Shown here piece by piece: positions 44,240 through 48,037 of a stretch of 48,037 nt of DNA. The DNA is from Macrostomum lignano. Its lineage: Eukaryota. The first letter of the stretch is position 1. Every line of letters begins with the position of its first letter. The position numbers and the translations under genes are program-made. The notes under the pieces are model-generated. The model searched no databases. It had not been told where the DNA came from and was given only the letters and a program-made list of their open reading frames with translations. Location: the NCBI GenBank assembly GCA_002269645.1, contig NIVC01004378.1:1-48037 (forward strand), given 5' to 3'.

Positions 44240-47200
44240 ATGACTAAGCTCCACGCTGCCAAAGGAGCGACATTCTGTCTGCAAATAAATTTACAGCATT
44301 GCGTATCTGCGTCAGTAAATCTGATGAAGATTGCTGAGCTGTACAGGCCAGGCCTCATCCTGATCCAGGAACCCTGGATGCGCAACGGTAAGTTGCCCAA
44401 CATTCCCTCTGGCTACTCTGATTTTTATGTGTGTGGCCCGGGGAACAGCCGCCCTAGAGCGGCTATCCTCGCTGCTAGCCATCTCCAGGCTTGGCTGAGG
44501 ACTGATCTCTCTGATGGAGACCTTTGCGTCATCCAATCTAATCATTTCTCTCCGCGTACGTGTCTTGTTGCCTCGGTTTATATCCCAGGCGACAGAGACC
44601 CTGCTCCCGAGAGTTTACTGCGCCTTGCGCAGTACTGCGAGTCCCAGAACGCTGAGCTGTGCTTAGGGGGCGACCTCAACGCGCACCACAAGCACTGGGG
44701 CAGCAAAGATACCAACACTAGAGGAGAGGAGCTTCTGGCCCTCATCTCTAACACAAACCTCATGCTCTGCAACCGCGGCAGCACTCCTACCTTTAATAAT
44801 GGCAGATGGACCGAGGTCCTCGACGCCACACTCGTTACCCCAAGACTCTTTGACAGAGTCAAGGAGTGGAGAGTCTGGTCTGAGGAGCCCTCCCTGTCTG
44901 ACCACTGCTTTATCGCCTTTAATATCGCGGACACTAAAACCCAGTCTCCGATCACTTGGAGACGCAATATCCGCAACACTGATTGGGCGGCCTACAAGGC
45001 TGCCCTTGATCTGCACCTGCAGGAACTCACGGACTTACGTCCGATTGAGACCTGCGAGGATGTGGATCATATGGCTGAGACGCTGACAGGTTGCATTATT
45101 GCAGCCTACGAAGCGGCTTGTCCTGCTCGCGCCTACAGAGGCAAGACCTCGGCGCCGTGGTGGAACCCGGAGCTGGGGAAACTCAGGCGGAAGGCCAAAA
45201 GCCTTCATCGCCGTGCCATGAAGACCGGAAACCCGGAGGACATGGAGCTTTTCCGGCAAGCCTCCCGCAATTTCAAATCTGAAGTGCGCAAGGCCAAGGA
45301 ATGTAAGTGGCGCCAATTCTGCAATGAATTGGATCAAGACAGACCTACTTCTAGGCTTGTCAAGGCCCTTACAATGGACAAAATGTCCAAATTAGCCATG
45401 ATCAAAAAAGATGATGGCTCTCTTACTAAAGACCCTGAAGAAGTGCTTCAGCATATGCTTAGCACATTCTTCCCGAGGGTACCTACTGCTAGACCGGAGC
45501 CCAACCATTCGATGGATGGAGCCACCCTAGCGGCGGGCATTGTCACTGAAGACCTAATCGCTCGTGCGGTCAGAACCTTCAAACCCTTCAAATCTCCTGG
45601 ACCTGATGGTATCTACCCTGTTCTCCTTCGTGAAGCAGCCAAGATACCCTCGTTCCTGAGACTCACCCGCAATCTTATGCGGGCCTCTATCCAGCTGGGA
45701 TACGTTCCCAAAAGCTGGACTGAAGCTCGAGTAGTCTTTATTCCCAAACCTGGGAAGGGTGACTACCAAAGCGTCAAGGCCTTCCGGCCAATTAGCTTAA
45801 CGTCAGCAATGCTTAAGCTCACTGAGAGGCTTATTCTCTGGCGGCTGCTCTCCTGCGAGCTGACAGCGATGCCCCTCAGCAATAATCAGCACGCCTTCCG
45901 TACCGGGAGGTCGACTGACAGCGCCCTGCATGCGATTGTCGAAAAGATTGAACGGGCGGTACTGGGTGACGGTTACGCCTGGCTCTCTTTCTTGACATTG
46001 TTGGCGCCTTCGACAACGTTATCTTTGAAGCGTTTCAGAGGGCCCTTCAAAATCGCAAAGCTCATGCTACCCTCATACGGTGGATCATGTACATGATCTC
46101 CAACCGTACGGTCACTGCCCAACTTCTTGGGCAAACTGCCTCCACCAGAGTCTGTAAGGGTGGACCCCAAGGCGGAGTCCTCACCCCGACGCTCTGGAAC
46201 CTGGTCATGGACGCTCTTCTGAGTGACTCCCGACCTGACCCCGTCTTCAAAGTCGGGTATGCTGATGACGTCACGGCCATTGTGGCAGGACCGTCTCCCA
46301 GCACGCTCAGGGATCTGATGCAGAGCTTTATCCGCAAAGCAGAATCCTGGGCCAATGACAATGGTTTGGAACTCTCTGAGCCCAAAACCGTTGCCATTAT
46401 GTTTACCAGCAGACTACGCTGGAACATACGTCCTCTGCAGCTCTACGGCAGAGATATTGCCTTCGCGCACCAGACCAGATGTCTCGGGGTCACACTTGAC
46501 CACCGGCTCAACTGGTCCTTCCACGTGAAAGCAAAAGCTAAGCGTGCCTCAGCCATCCTGGCCCAGCTCCGACGAGCACTTGGCACTTCTTGGGGTCTAT
46601 CCCCAAAGCGGCTTTGGTGGATCTATACTTCCGTAGTTAGACCTGCCATTACGTACGCCTCTGTTGTCTGGGTTAGCGCTACCCAGGTCAAAAGCCATGC
46701 AGACCTGCTCAACACGATCCAAGGCAGAGCGTGTAGGCTCATCTGCAACGCCACCAGGTCCACGCCCTTTGCTGGCATGGGGGCCTTCTTAATCTTCCGC
46801 CTCTTGACCTCTTCATCAGGGGTGAGGCGGCTAGAACGACGCGGCGTCTAATTGATGCCGGCGTCAAATTCATTTACATGAGAGCACCTGCTAAGCGGAA
46901 CCTTGTCCCGCATAGCGATCTGTGCCTCAACTTTCTCAACGAGTGTCAGGCCAATCGCGTCTTCACCGATGGCATTGCCTCAACGCTCAACCTGAGACAG
47001 CGCTACTCCGTAGCTATCGACTCGCGCGATAACATCAATGACCATTGGAACCCTGGTGAGCTTCATTGCTACACCGACGGTTCTAAGCAGTCAGCCAACA
47101 CCGGCTTTGGTGTTGGAATCTTTCTGAACGGGAGGGTCATCGCTACCCACGCTCAATACACTGGGGTCAACTCCAGTGTTTTCCAAAATGAAGTTCTGGC

Positions 47201-48002
47201 CATCAGCTCCTGCACTGCAGAGCTTCTCGCCACTGGCGTTACTGGTAAGAACATCATTTTCCATTCGGACAGCCAAGCTGCCTTGCACGCCATCAGTGGC
47301 TGCAGCACCAACTCTGCTACAGTCCTTGACTGTATCAAACTCCTCAATGTGTTGGGTTCCGCCAACAAAATTACCCTTAAGTGGGTTCCGGGGCATGTGG
47401 GGATCCGAGGAAATGAGTTGGCTGACACCCTTGCAAAAGTTGGTGCCTCCGGCTCCTCTCTCGGCCCCGAACCTCTTGTCCCGATTCCTGGCTGTGTCAT
47501 CGACTCGCGCATCAAAGCGTGGATCAGGACTCAGCACCGCTCGACTTGGGCGAACCGCACGAACTGCAGGCAATCCAGAGGCGCTGTCCCTCAGCCCTCT
47601 CACCAGCTCCGGAAGCTCCTCTTGCGCCTCTCGCGCAGAGACATCCGGGCTGCCACCATGACCCTCTCTGGTCACGGCTGCTTCTCCAGGCACCAGTACC
47701 TGCAGGGCAACGCCACCAACGCCACCTGTAGTTTCTGCAACTCAGGTGACGAAACCGCTGAGCATTTCGTCAGCATCTGTCCCGCCTTCACGCGGGCCAG
47801 ACTCACTTACCTCGGGCCACACACATCTATTACTGAAGCGTGCAAACCCGAAAACTTTAATCAGCTCATGCGCTACCTTGCGGCCACCCGCAGGGCTGAA
47901 CTCTCCTTTCCAGAGAGCACCATAGCTGCTGGCGACACTGGGGACCTCCCTGGCGGCGCCAACCCTCCGTCCATAGCGACGCGTCGGCCGTTCAGGGACT
48001 AG
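44240..48002 (+). CDS. Non-LTR retrotransposon ORF2 (endonuclease, reverse transcriptase, RNase H); two 1-bp frameshifts near 45980 and 46789
   Basis: APE: QINLQH, LIQEPW, GGDLNAHH, SDHCFI. RT: KSPGPDGI, FRPISLTS, QHAFRTGRST, FLDIVGAFD, PQGGVLTPTLWN, YADD. RNase H: YTDGS, HSDSQAAL, WVPGHVGIRGNELAD. C-terminal CSFC..ETAEHFVSIC. Confidence 0.92.
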
Positions 48003-48037
48003 CGGAATGGGCGCCCGCGCCTTCCCGCTGTGTCCCC

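Larger units (their letters stand above)
42180..48037 (+). mobile_element. Non-LTR retrotransposon, I group (LOA/R1-like) with RNase H; 3' end outside the window
   Basis: About 0.5 kb 5' UTR abutting the satellite, then ORF1 and ORF2 (APE-RT-RNase H-CCHC). Confidence 0.93.

Noticed and set aside
42886-47693. Antisense and alternate-frame ORFs within the LINE and within GC-rich exons
   Set aside because: These are expected shadows of GC-rich coding sequence and carry no independent motifs.

Overview
Eukaryotic (metazoan) genomic DNA with GC-rich spliced exons and introns filled by minisatellites. The style suggests the free-living flatworm Macrostomum lignano, but the species is an inference. 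Contents: (1) a p120/delta-catenin gene on the minus strand (about 9 coding exons, 2252-16073, ending in DSWV). Its largest intron holds a 1.1 kb (GATA)n array and an antisense nested two-exon atypical Rho-family gene with degenerate GTP-binding motifs. (2) A divergently oriented 7-exon NEK8-like kinase (18391-26385) with an unusual N-terminal extension, RCC1 repeats, a coiled coil and a CaaX-type end. Its last intron contains a perfect hairpin and a tyrosine-recombinase (Crypton-like) remnant. (3) An intronless globin starting MGC (31407-32126). (4) A tentative chain of very small exons (32261-35754). (5) A full-length Copia LTR retrotransposon (37054-41715, TSD GAAGG) inserted in a satellite. 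(6) An RNase H-bearing I-group/LOA-like non-LTR retrotransposon running off the right end. There are also tRNA-derived SINEs and more than 20 distinct tandem-repeat families. Most long ORFs in the supplied track outside these genes are repeat artefacts. All protein assignments come from visual motif recognition; no searches were run.
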